Assembly (NCBI GenBank): GCA_043228905.1
Contig: JBHGNT010000364.1
Location: 1 to 31,233 of the forward strand
Length of the DNA stretch: 31,233 nucleotides
From: Azolla caroliniana
Lineage: Eukaryota; Plantae; Polypodiophyta
Direction: 5' to 3'
This document shows positions 1-8,153 of this stretch, piece by piece. The position numbers and the translations under genes were made by a program. Position 1 is the first letter of the stretch. Every line of letters starts with the position of its first letter. The notes below the pieces were generated by a model. That model had not been told where the DNA came from and did no database searches. It was given only the letters and a program-made list of their open reading frames with translations.

Positions 1-387
1 AACGTCCCTCCAACACGAACGTAAACACGAGCACCAACGCATAGAATTTGCCTATAGGGACCGCAAACCACCCAAACGGAAAAGAAAACATCAAAGCAGG
101 ACACCCATACCGCACACGCCACGGCAACGGCTAAGGCTAAGGTCAACTTGTACACGCGGCGAATGTGAACTTGCTTCCACACTTGCCCGATAGGACACTC
201 CTAGTGTGGTAGTCCGGTTAGCTTTCCTTGTCGTCGTCGTTACCAACCCCTCGTCCGTCCGAACGAGCGAGTACGGACACCGGTCTATCTACGTTCATCG
301 ATGTAGCACACTCGGGAGCCACCACTCGTCCCGCAGTAGCCTCCGCGTGCTTAGTGTCTCGGCACTAGCGCGTTCTAGTTTAATGTG

Positions 388-393
388 CACGTG
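388..393. promoter_or_regulatory. G-box CACGTG (within palindrome GCACGTGC), repeated in each unit
   Basis: Exact hexamer about 360 bp upstream of the ATG; function inferred from bZIP/bHLH consensus only. Confidence 0.4.
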
Positions 394-550
394 CCCGCAC
401 ACCCCTACGCGCACGCGCGAGTGCGCACATTTACCTATGTATGTATAAATGTTATGTTGCTCGACAAGCTCTCGCGCGAGGAGGAGGAGTACCCGCTACA
501 GGTTGCGCCCAGATTGTCTGGTGACAATACGACACCTAGGACTAGCCTAG

Positions 551-615
551 ACGTGTGGGAGGGTGGACTAGTTGGTATGGGTCTTGGGCAAGAGTTGTAC
601 GCAGGACACACACGT
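551..615. promoter_or_regulatory. Two ABRE-like ACGTGT cores (551-556 on +, 610-615 on -)
   Basis: GACGTGTGG and ACACACGT just upstream of the RY elements; ABRE plus RY is the known ABI3/bZIP maturation-gene module. Confidence 0.5.
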
Positions 616-639
616 TATGGTAATGGGAGTGGTGAGTGA

Positions 640-662
640 CATGCATGTGCTCTGATTGCATG
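640..662. promoter_or_regulatory. RY elements: CATGCATG (640-647) and TGCATG (657-662), repeated in each unit
   Basis: Perfect RY/Sph motif bound by B3-domain factors (ABI3/VP1, FUS3, LEC2), about 25-30 bp upstream of the TATA box of a storage-protein-like gene. Confidence 0.7.
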
Positions 663-670
663 GCCATGTG

Positions 671-680
671 TATATATTAA
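671..680 (+). promoter_or_regulatory. TATA box (TATATATTAA), repeated in each unit
   Basis: AT-only island in GC-rich context, 77 nt upstream of the ATG. Confidence 0.75.
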
Positions 681-747
681 AGGTGGAGGGAGCAATGTCA
701 ATACAATCCATTAGGAGACAAGCACCGGGATCATAAGGACAATCGCA

Positions 748-816
748 ATGGCAAAGCTTACTTCCGTATTCCTCATGGCCGTGATCATGCTCGCCGCGTG
801 TACCGCGGCCAATGCT
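748..816 (+). other. Predicted signal peptide (about aa 1-23), present in every copy
   Basis: MAKLTSVFLMAVIMLAACTAANA: basic n-region, hydrophobic core and A-x-A cleavage motif, followed by an abruptly charged mature chain. Judged by eye. Confidence 0.85.
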
Positions 817-1533
817 AGGTCTGTAGGGCGGGACCGTGAAGAGGAGCGACGCGATCGACGTCGTGAGGGAGACATTGACGAGGAGAGGCGCGATCGACGC
901 CGAGAGGGGGAGTGCGATGACGAGAGGCGCGAGCGACGTCGTGAGGGGTTCCTTGAGGAGGGGCGCCGCTACAGAGACAACAAGAGAGACTCCGAAGAGG
1001 AAAGGGAACGTCGTAGCCGTGGTCGCGATGAGCCACGTGACGAGGAACTGAGGCGAGAGTGCGGTGATTTCATCGACAAGCAGATCCGAGAGCTACAAGA
1101 GCGCTCCGAAAGAGAGGAAGGTGAACAAGGACGTCGCTCCCCATGGATCGAAAACACTCGATACTCAAGACCCTCGGAACGGTGCTGCAGGAACGTCGAA
1201 CGAATCCCCGCCGAAGATCGATGCGATCGCCTACGTGATGCCTTGTATGCTGACGAGGAGGAACGACGCAATGATGAAGGCCGACGCCATGGCCAACAAT
1301 CAAGGGAACACCGTAGCTGGGAGGAAGAGGACGAGGAGCGCGAGAGAGATAGCAGCCGTGAGCGACGAGAGGGTGACGAACGCCGCCACCGCATGTCTCG
1401 ACGACAAGAGGACGAACGTCAACAACGTCGCCAATTCAAGGCCGATGACGAGGAAAGAGCTCTAGGCGTCGCCGCCTCCCGCCTACTCCAACAGTGCGAT
1501 CTTCGCCCTCGTGCTTGTATTCGTCGCTTCTAA
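748..1533 (+). CDS. Secreted Arg/Glu-rich 2S-albumin-like (prolamin superfamily) storage protein precursor, copy 1 (E196)
   Basis: ATG in plant-like context (gcaATGGC) to TAA, no intron needed. Hydrophobic N-terminus ends in A-N-A. Cys at 56, 105, 146, 147, 159, 250, 257. Motifs ERCCRNVERIPAEDRCDRLRDAL and ASRLLQQCDLRPRAC match the 2S albumin CC-X9-CxC-xxL and C-X6-C spacings. Confidence 0.85.
   Translation: MAKLTSVFLMAVIMLAACTAANARSVGRDREEERRDRRREGDIDEERRDRRREGECDDERRERRREGFLEEGRRYRDNKRDSEEERERRSRGRDEPRDEELRRECGDFIDKQIRELQERSEREEGEQGRRSPWIENTRYSRPSERCCRNVERIPAEDRCDRLRDALYADEEERRNDEGRRHGQQSREHRSWEEEDEERERDSSRERREGDERRHRMSRRQEDERQQRRQFKADDEERALGVAASRLLQQCDLRPRACIRRF
838..954 (+). repeat. Three in-frame 39-nt (13-aa) repeats inside the CDS, present in every copy
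   Basis: EEERRDRRREGDI (838-876) / DEERRDRRREGEC (877-915) / DDERRERRREGFL (916-954). Confidence 0.9.
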
Positions 1534-1632
1534 ATAGTACATAAACCTTGTTCAAATTATTCTCGTGGTCTCTCTCTAATTTCTCGTAAGTGTTTACGAA
1601 CAAGTGCGTCTCCCCAATCGCGCATTACACCC

Positions 1633-1694
1633 ACACGAACGTAAACACGAGCACCAACGTCCCTCCAACACGAACGTAAACACGAGCACCAACG
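1633..1694 (+). repeat. 27-bp perfect direct repeat x2 (period 35) in the 3' spacer of each unit
   Basis: ACACGAACGTAAACACGAGCACCAACG at 1633-1659 and 1668-1694. Confidence 0.95.
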
Positions 1695-2402
1695 CATAGA
1701 ATTTGCCTATAGGGACCGCAAACCACCCAAACGGAAAAGAAAACATCAAAGCAGGACACCCATACCGCACACGCCACGGCAACGGCTAAGGCTAAGGTCA
1801 ACTTGTACACGCGGCGAATGTGAACTTGCTTCCACACTTGCCCGATAGGACACTCCTAGTGTGGTAGTCCGGTTAGCTTTCCTTGTCGTCGTCGTTACCA
1901 ACCCCTCGTCCGTCCGAACGAGCGAGTACGGACACCGGTCTATCTACGTTCATCGATGTAGCACACTCGGGAGCCACCACTCGTCCCGCAGTAGCCTCCG
2001 CGTGCTTAGTGTCTCGGCACTAGCGCGTTCTAGTTTAATGTGCACGTGCCCGCACACCCCTACGCGCACGCGCGAGTGCGCACATTTACCTATGTATGTA
2101 TAAATGTTATGTTGCTCGACAAGCTCTCGCGCGAGGAGGAGGAGTACCCGCTACAGGTTGCGCCCAGATTGTCTGGTGACAATACGACACCTAGGACTAG
2201 CCTAGACGTGTGGGAGGGTGGACTAGTTGGTATGGGTCTTGGGCAAGAGTTGTACGCAGGACACACACGTTATGGTAATGGGAGTGGTGAGTGACATGCA
2301 TGTGCTCTGATTGCATGGCCATGTGTATATATTAAAGGTGGAGGGAGCAATGTCAATACAATCCATTAGGAGACAAGCACCGGGATCATAAGGACAATCG
2401 CA

Positions 2403-3188
2403 ATGGCAAAGCTTACTTCCGTATTCCTCATGGCCGTGATCATGCTCGCCGCGTGTACCGCGGCCAATGCTAGGTCTGTAGGGCGGGACCGTGAAGAGGA
2501 GCGACGCGATCGACGTCGTGAGGGAGACATTGACGAGGAGAGGCGCGATCGACGCCGAGAGGGGGAGTGCGATGACGAGAGGCGCGAGCGACGTCGTGAG
2601 GGGTTCCTTGAGGAGGGGCGCCGCTACAGAGACAACAAGAGAGACTCCGAAGAGGAAAGGGAACGTCGTAGCCGTGGTCGCGATGAGCCACGTGACGAGG
2701 AACTGAGGCGAGAGTGCGGTGATTTCATCGACAAGCAGATCCGAGAGCTACAAGAGCGCTCCGAAAGAGAGGAAGGTGAACAAGGACGTCGCTCCCCATG
2801 GATCGAAAACACTCGATACTCAAGACCCTCGGAACGGTGCTGCAGGAACGTCGAACGAATCCCCGCCGAAGATCGATGCGATCGCCTACGTGATGCCTTG
2901 TATGCTGACGAGGAGGAACGACGCAATGATGAAGGCCGACGCCATGGCCAACAATCAAGGGAACACCGTAGCTGGGAGGAAGAGGACGAGGAGCGCGAGA
3001 GAGATAGCAGCCGTGAGCGACGAGAGGGTGACGAACGCCGCCACCGCATGTCTCGACGACAAGAGGACGAACGTCAACAACGTCGCCAATTCAAGGCCGA
3101 TGACGAGGAAAGAGCTCTAGGCGTCGCCGCCTCCCGCCTACTCCAACAGTGCGATCTTCGCCCTCGTGCTTGTATTCGTCGCTTCTAA
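2403..3188 (+). CDS. 2S-albumin-like storage protein precursor, copy 2 (E196)
   Basis: Same 261-aa ORF as copy 1. Confidence 0.85.
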   Translation: MAKLTSVFLMAVIMLAACTAANARSVGRDREEERRDRRREGDIDEERRDRRREGECDDERRERRREGFLEEGRRYRDNKRDSEEERERRSRGRDEPRDEELRRECGDFIDKQIRELQERSEREEGEQGRRSPWIENTRYSRPSERCCRNVERIPAEDRCDRLRDALYADEEERRNDEGRRHGQQSREHRSWEEEDEERERDSSRERREGDERRHRMSRRQEDERQQRRQFKADDEERALGVAASRLLQQCDLRPRACIRRF

Positions 3189-4057
3189 ATAGTACATAAA
3201 CCTTGTTCAAATTATTCTCGTGGTCTCTCTCTAATTTCTCGTAAGTGTTTACGAACAAGTGCGTCTCCCCAATCGCGCATTACACCCACACGAACGTAAA
3301 CACGAGCACCAACGTCCCTCCAACACGAACGTAAACACGAGCACCAACGCATAGAATTTGCCTATAGGGACCGCAAACCACCCAAACGGAAAAGAAAACA
3401 TCAAAGCAGGACACCCATACCGCACACGCCACGGCAACGGCTAAGGCTAAGGTCAACTTGTACACGCGGCGAATGTGAACTTGCTTCCACACTTGCCCGA
3501 TAGGACACTCCTAGTGTGGTAGTCCGGTTAGCTTTCCTTGTCGTCGTCGTTACCAACCCCTCGTCCGTCCGAACGAGCGAGTACGGACACCGGTCTATCT
3601 ACGTTCATCGATGTAGCACACTCGGGAGCCACCACTCGTCCCGCAGTAGCCTCCGCGTGCTTAGTGTCTCGGCACTAGCGCGTTCTAGTTTAATGTGCAC
3701 GTGCCCGCACACCCCTACGCGCACGCGCGAGTGCGCACATTTACCTATGTATGTATAAATGTTATGTTGCTCGACAAGCTCTCGCGCGAGGAGGAGGAGT
3801 ACCCGCTACAGGTTGCGCCCAGATTGTCTGGTGACAATACGACACCTAGGACTAGCCTAGACGTGTGGGAGGGTGGACTAGTTGGTATGGGTCTTGGGCA
3901 AGAGTTGTACGCAGGACACACACGTTATGGTAATGGGAGTGGTGAGTGACATGCATGTGCTCTGATTGCATGGCCATGTGTATATATTAAAGGTGGAGGG
4001 AGCAATGTCAATACAATCCATTAGGAGACAAGCACCGGGATCATAAGGACAATCGCA

Positions 4058-4843
4058 ATGGCAAAGCTTACTTCCGTATTCCTCATGGCCGTGATCATGC
4101 TCGCCGCGTGTACCGCGGCCAATGCTAGGTCTGTAGGGCGGGACCGTGAAGAGGAGCGACGCGATCGACGTCGTGAGGGAGACATTGACGAGGAGAGGCG
4201 CGATCGACGCCGAGAGGGGGAGTGCGATGACGAGAGGCGCGAGCGACGTCGTGAGGGGTTCCTTGAGGAGGGGCGCCGCTACAGAGACAACAAGAGAGAC
4301 TCCGAAGAGGAAAGGGAACGTCGTAGCCGTGGTCGCGATGAGCCACGTGACGAGGAACTGAGGCGAGAGTGCGGTGATTTCATCGACAAGCAGATCCGAG
4401 AGCTACAAGAGCGCTCCGAAAGAGAGGAAGGTGAACAAGGACGTCGCTCCCCATGGATCGAAAACACTCGATACTCAAGACCCTCGGAACGGTGCTGCAG
4501 GAACGTCGAACGAATCCCCGCCGAAGATCGATGCGATCGCCTACGTGATGCCTTGTATGCTGACGAGGAGGAACGACGCAATGATGAAGGCCGACGCCAT
4601 GGCCAACAATCAAGGGAACACCGTAGCTGGGAGGAAGAGGACGGGGAGCGCGAGAGAGATAGCAGCCGTGAGCGACGAGAGGGTGACGAACGCCGCCACC
4701 GCATGTCTCGACGACAAGAGGACGAACGTCAACAACGTCGCCAATTCAAGGCCGATGACGAGGAAAGAGCTCTAGGCGTCGCCGCCTCCCGCCTACTCCA
4801 ACAGTGCGATCTTCGCCCTCGTGCTTGTATTCGTCGCTTCTAA
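4058..4843 (+). CDS. 2S-albumin-like storage protein precursor, copy 3 (G196)
   Basis: Same ORF with GAG>GGG at 4644. Confidence 0.85.
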   Translation: MAKLTSVFLMAVIMLAACTAANARSVGRDREEERRDRRREGDIDEERRDRRREGECDDERRERRREGFLEEGRRYRDNKRDSEEERERRSRGRDEPRDEELRRECGDFIDKQIRELQERSEREEGEQGRRSPWIENTRYSRPSERCCRNVERIPAEDRCDRLRDALYADEEERRNDEGRRHGQQSREHRSWEEEDGERERDSSRERREGDERRHRMSRRQEDERQQRRQFKADDEERALGVAASRLLQQCDLRPRACIRRF

Positions 4844-5712
4844 ATAGTACATAAACCTTGTTCAAATTATTCTCGTGGTCTCTCTCTAATTTCTCGTAAG
4901 TGTTTACGAACAAGTGCGTCTCCCCAATCGCGCATTACACCCACACGAACGTAAACACGAGCACCAACGTCCCTCCAACACGAACGTAAACACGAGCACC
5001 AACGCATAGAATTTGCCTATAGGGACCGCAAACCACCCAAACGGAAAAGAAAACATCAAAGCAGGACACCCATACCGCACACGCCACGGCAACGGCTAAG
5101 GCTAAGGTCAACTTGTACACGCGGCGAATGTGAACTTGCTTCCACACTTGCCCGATAGGACACTCCTAGTGTGGTAGTCCGGTTAGCTTTCCTTGTCGTC
5201 GTCGTTACCAACCCCTCGTCCGTCCGAACGAGCGAGTACGGACACCGGTCTATCTACGTTCATCGATGTAGCACACTCGGGAGCCACCACTCGTCCCGCA
5301 GTAGCCTCCGCGTGCTTAGTGTCTCGGCACTAGCGCGTTCTAGTTTAATGTGCACGTGCCCGCACACCCCTACGCGCACGCGCGAGTGCGCACATTTACC
5401 TATGTATGTATAAATGTTATGTTGCTCGACAAGCTCTCGCGCGAGGAGGAGGAGTACCCGCTACAGGTTGCGCCCAGATTGTCTGGTGACAATACGACAC
5501 CTAGGACTAGCCTAGACGTGTGGGAGGGTGGACTAGTTGGTATGGGTCTTGGGCAAGAGTTGTACGCAGGACACACACGTTATGGTAATGGGAGTGGTGA
5601 GTGACATGCATGTGCTCTGATTGCATGGCCATGTGTATATATTAAAGGTGGAGGGAGCAATGTCAATACAATCCATTAGGAGACAAGCACCGGGATCATA
5701 AGGACAATCGCA

Positions 5713-6498
5713 ATGGCAAAGCTTACTTCCGTATTCCTCATGGCCGTGATCATGCTCGCCGCGTGTACCGCGGCCAATGCTAGGTCTGTAGGGCGGGACC
5801 GTGAAGAGGAGCGACGCGATCGACGTCGTGAGGGAGACATTGACGAGGAGAGGCGCGATCGACGCCGAGAGGGGGAGTGCGATGACGAGAGGCGCGAGCG
5901 ACGTCGTGAGGGGTTCCTTGAGGAGGGGCGCCGCTACAGAGACAACAAGAGAGACTCCGAAGAGGAAAGGGAACGTCGTAGCCGTGGTCGCGATGAGCCA
6001 CGTGACGAGGAACTGAGGCGAGAGTGCGGTGATTTCATCGACAAGCAGATCCGAGAGCTACAAGAGCGCTCCGAAAGAGAGGAAGGTGAACAAGGACGTC
6101 GCTCCCCATGGATCGAAAACACTCGATACTCAAGACCCTCGGAACGGTGCTGCAGGAACGTCGAACGAATCCCCGCCGAAGATCGATGCGATCGCCTACG
6201 TGATGCCTTGTATGCTGACGAGGAGGAACGACGCAATGATGAAGGCCGACGCCATGGCCAACAATCAAGGGAACACCGTAGCTGGGAGGAAGAGGACGAG
6301 GAGCGCGAGAGAGATAGCAGCCGTGAGCGACGAGAGGGTGACGAACGCCGCCACCGCATGTCTCGACGACAAGAGGACGAACGTCAACAACGTCGCCAAT
6401 TCAAGGCCGATGACGAGGAAAGAGCTCTAGGCGTCGCCGCCTCCCGCCTACTCCAACAGTGCGATCTTCGCCCTCGTGCTTGTATTCGTCGCTTCTAA
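5713..6498 (+). CDS. 2S-albumin-like storage protein precursor, copy 4 (E196)
   Basis: Same 261-aa ORF as copy 1. Confidence 0.85.
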   Translation: MAKLTSVFLMAVIMLAACTAANARSVGRDREEERRDRRREGDIDEERRDRRREGECDDERRERRREGFLEEGRRYRDNKRDSEEERERRSRGRDEPRDEELRRECGDFIDKQIRELQERSEREEGEQGRRSPWIENTRYSRPSERCCRNVERIPAEDRCDRLRDALYADEEERRNDEGRRHGQQSREHRSWEEEDEERERDSSRERREGDERRHRMSRRQEDERQQRRQFKADDEERALGVAASRLLQQCDLRPRACIRRF

Positions 6499-7367
6499 AT
6501 AGTACATAAACCTTGTTCAAATTATTCTCGTGGTCTCTCTCTAATTTCTCGTAAGTGTTTACGAACAAGTGCGTCTCCCCAATCGCGCATTACACCCACA
6601 CGAACGTAAACACGAGCACCAACGTCCCTCCAACACGAACGTAAACACGAGCACCAACGCATAGAATTTGCCTATAGGGACCGCAAACCACCCAAACGGA
6701 AAAGAAAACATCAAAGCAGGACACCCATACCGCACACGCCACGGCAACGGCTAAGGCTAAGGTCAACTTGTACACGCGGCGAATGTGAACTTGCTTCCAC
6801 ACTTGCCCGATAGGACACTCCTAGTGTGGTAGTCCGGTTAGCTTTCCTTGTCGTCGTCGTTACCAACCCCTCGTCCGTCCGAACGAGCGAGTACGGACAC
6901 CGGTCTATCTACGTTCATCGATGTAGCACACTCGGGAGCCACCACTCGTCCCGCAGTAGCCTCCGCGTGCTTAGTGTCTCGGCACTAGCGCGTTCTAGTT
7001 TAATGTGCACGTGCCCGCACACCCCTACGCGCACGCGCGAGTGCGCACATTTACCTATGTATGTATAAATGTTATGTTGCTCGACAAGCTCTCGCGCGAG
7101 GAGGAGGAGTACCCGCTACAGGTTGCGCCCAGATTGTCTGGTGACAATACGACACCTAGGACTAGCCTAGACGTGTGGGAGGGTGGACTAGTTGGTATGG
7201 GTCTTGGGCAAGAGTTGTACGCAGGACACACACGTTATGGTAATGGGAGTGGTGAGTGACATGCATGTGCTCTGATTGCATGGCCATGTGTATATATTAA
7301 AGGTGGAGGGAGCAATGTCAATACAATCCATTAGGAGACAAGCACCGGGATCATAAGGACAATCGCA

Positions 7368-8153
7368 ATGGCAAAGCTTACTTCCGTATTCCTCATGGCC
7401 GTGATCATGCTCGCCGCGTGTACCGCGGCCAATGCTAGGTCTGTAGGGCGGGACCGTGAAGAGGAGCGACGCGATCGACGTCGTGAGGGAGACATTGACG
7501 AGGAGAGGCGCGATCGACGCCGAGAGGGGGAGTGCGATGACGAGAGGCGCGAGCGACGTCGTGAGGGGTTCCTTGAGGAGGGGCGCCGCTACAGAGACAA
7601 CAAGAGAGACTCCGAAGAGGAAAGGGAACGTCGTAGCCGTGGTCGCGATGAGCCACGTGACGAGGAACTGAGGCGAGAGTGCGGTGATTTCATCGACAAG
7701 CAGATCCGAGAGCTACAAGAGCGCTCCGAAAGAGAGGAAGGTGAACAAGGACGTCGCTCCCCATGGATCGAAAACACTCGATACTCAAGACCCTCGGAAC
7801 GGTGCTGCAGGAACGTCGAACGAATCCCCGCCGAAGATCGATGCGATCGCCTACGTGATGCCTTGTATGCTGACGAGGAGGAACGACGCAATGATGAAGG
7901 CCGACGCCATGGCCAACAATCAAGGGAACACCGTAGCTGGGAGGAAGAGGACGGGGAGCGCGAGAGAGATAGCAGCCGTGAGCGACGAGAGGGTGACGAA
8001 CGCCGCCACCGCATGTCTCGACGACAAGAGGACGAACGTCAACAACGTCGCCAATTCAAGGCCGATGACGAGGAAAGAGCTCTAGGCGTCGCCGCCTCCC
8101 GCCTACTCCAACAGTGCGATCTTCGCCCTCGTGCTTGTATTCGTCGCTTCTAA
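7368..8153 (+). CDS. 2S-albumin-like storage protein precursor, copy 5 (G196)
   Basis: Same ORF, G196 allele. Confidence 0.85.
   Translation: MAKLTSVFLMAVIMLAACTAANARSVGRDREEERRDRRREGDIDEERRDRRREGECDDERRERRREGFLEEGRRYRDNKRDSEEERERRSRGRDEPRDEELRRECGDFIDKQIRELQERSEREEGEQGRRSPWIENTRYSRPSERCCRNVERIPAEDRCDRLRDALYADEEERRNDEGRRHGQQSREHRSWEEEDGERERDSSRERREGDERRHRMSRRQEDERQQRRQFKADDEERALGVAASRLLQQCDLRPRACIRRF

Noticed and set aside
206-448. 80-aa + strand spacer ORF (MVVRLAF...) in every unit
   Set aside because: Starts at GTG, has no recognisable motif and overlaps promoter elements. Its recurrence only reflects the DNA repeat.
385-639. 84-aa + strand spacer ORF (MHVPAHP...)
   Set aside because: Non-ATG start (GTG), runs over the ABRE region up to the RY element, and is frameshifted by the 28-bp deletion in unit 13.
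969-1394. 141-aa Ser/Arg-rich - strand ORF resembling an SR protein, plus other ORFs overlapping the CDS (815-1036, 836-1051, 1064-1465, 1070-1303)
   Set aside because: Shadow frames of the GAG/GAA/CGA-rich coding strand; no RRM or independent evidence.
748-1533. Alternative identities: vicilin N-terminal/alpha-hairpinin repeats, LEA protein, nsLTP, or trichohyalin-like animal protein
   Set aside because: No CX3C pairs or cupin domain and no LEA 11-mer or dehydrin K-segments. The protein is far too charged and long for an nsLTP. Cys spacing plus the RY promoter fit a 2S albumin better.
1633-1694. 27-bp direct repeats as a possible CRISPR array
   Set aside because: Only two copies separated by 8 bp, no unique spacers, no cas genes, eukaryotic context.
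1594-1837. Hydrophobic Val/Cys-rich - strand ORFs (62 and 70 aa)
   Set aside because: By-product of the GT-rich minus strand of the A/C-skewed spacer and its direct repeat; no promoter or family support.
1534-2402. 5S rRNA, tRNA or snRNA gene in the spacer
   Set aside because: No recognisable conserved RNA sequence, Pol III A/B/C boxes or oligo-T terminator on reading by eye. An Infernal/Rfam scan would settle it.
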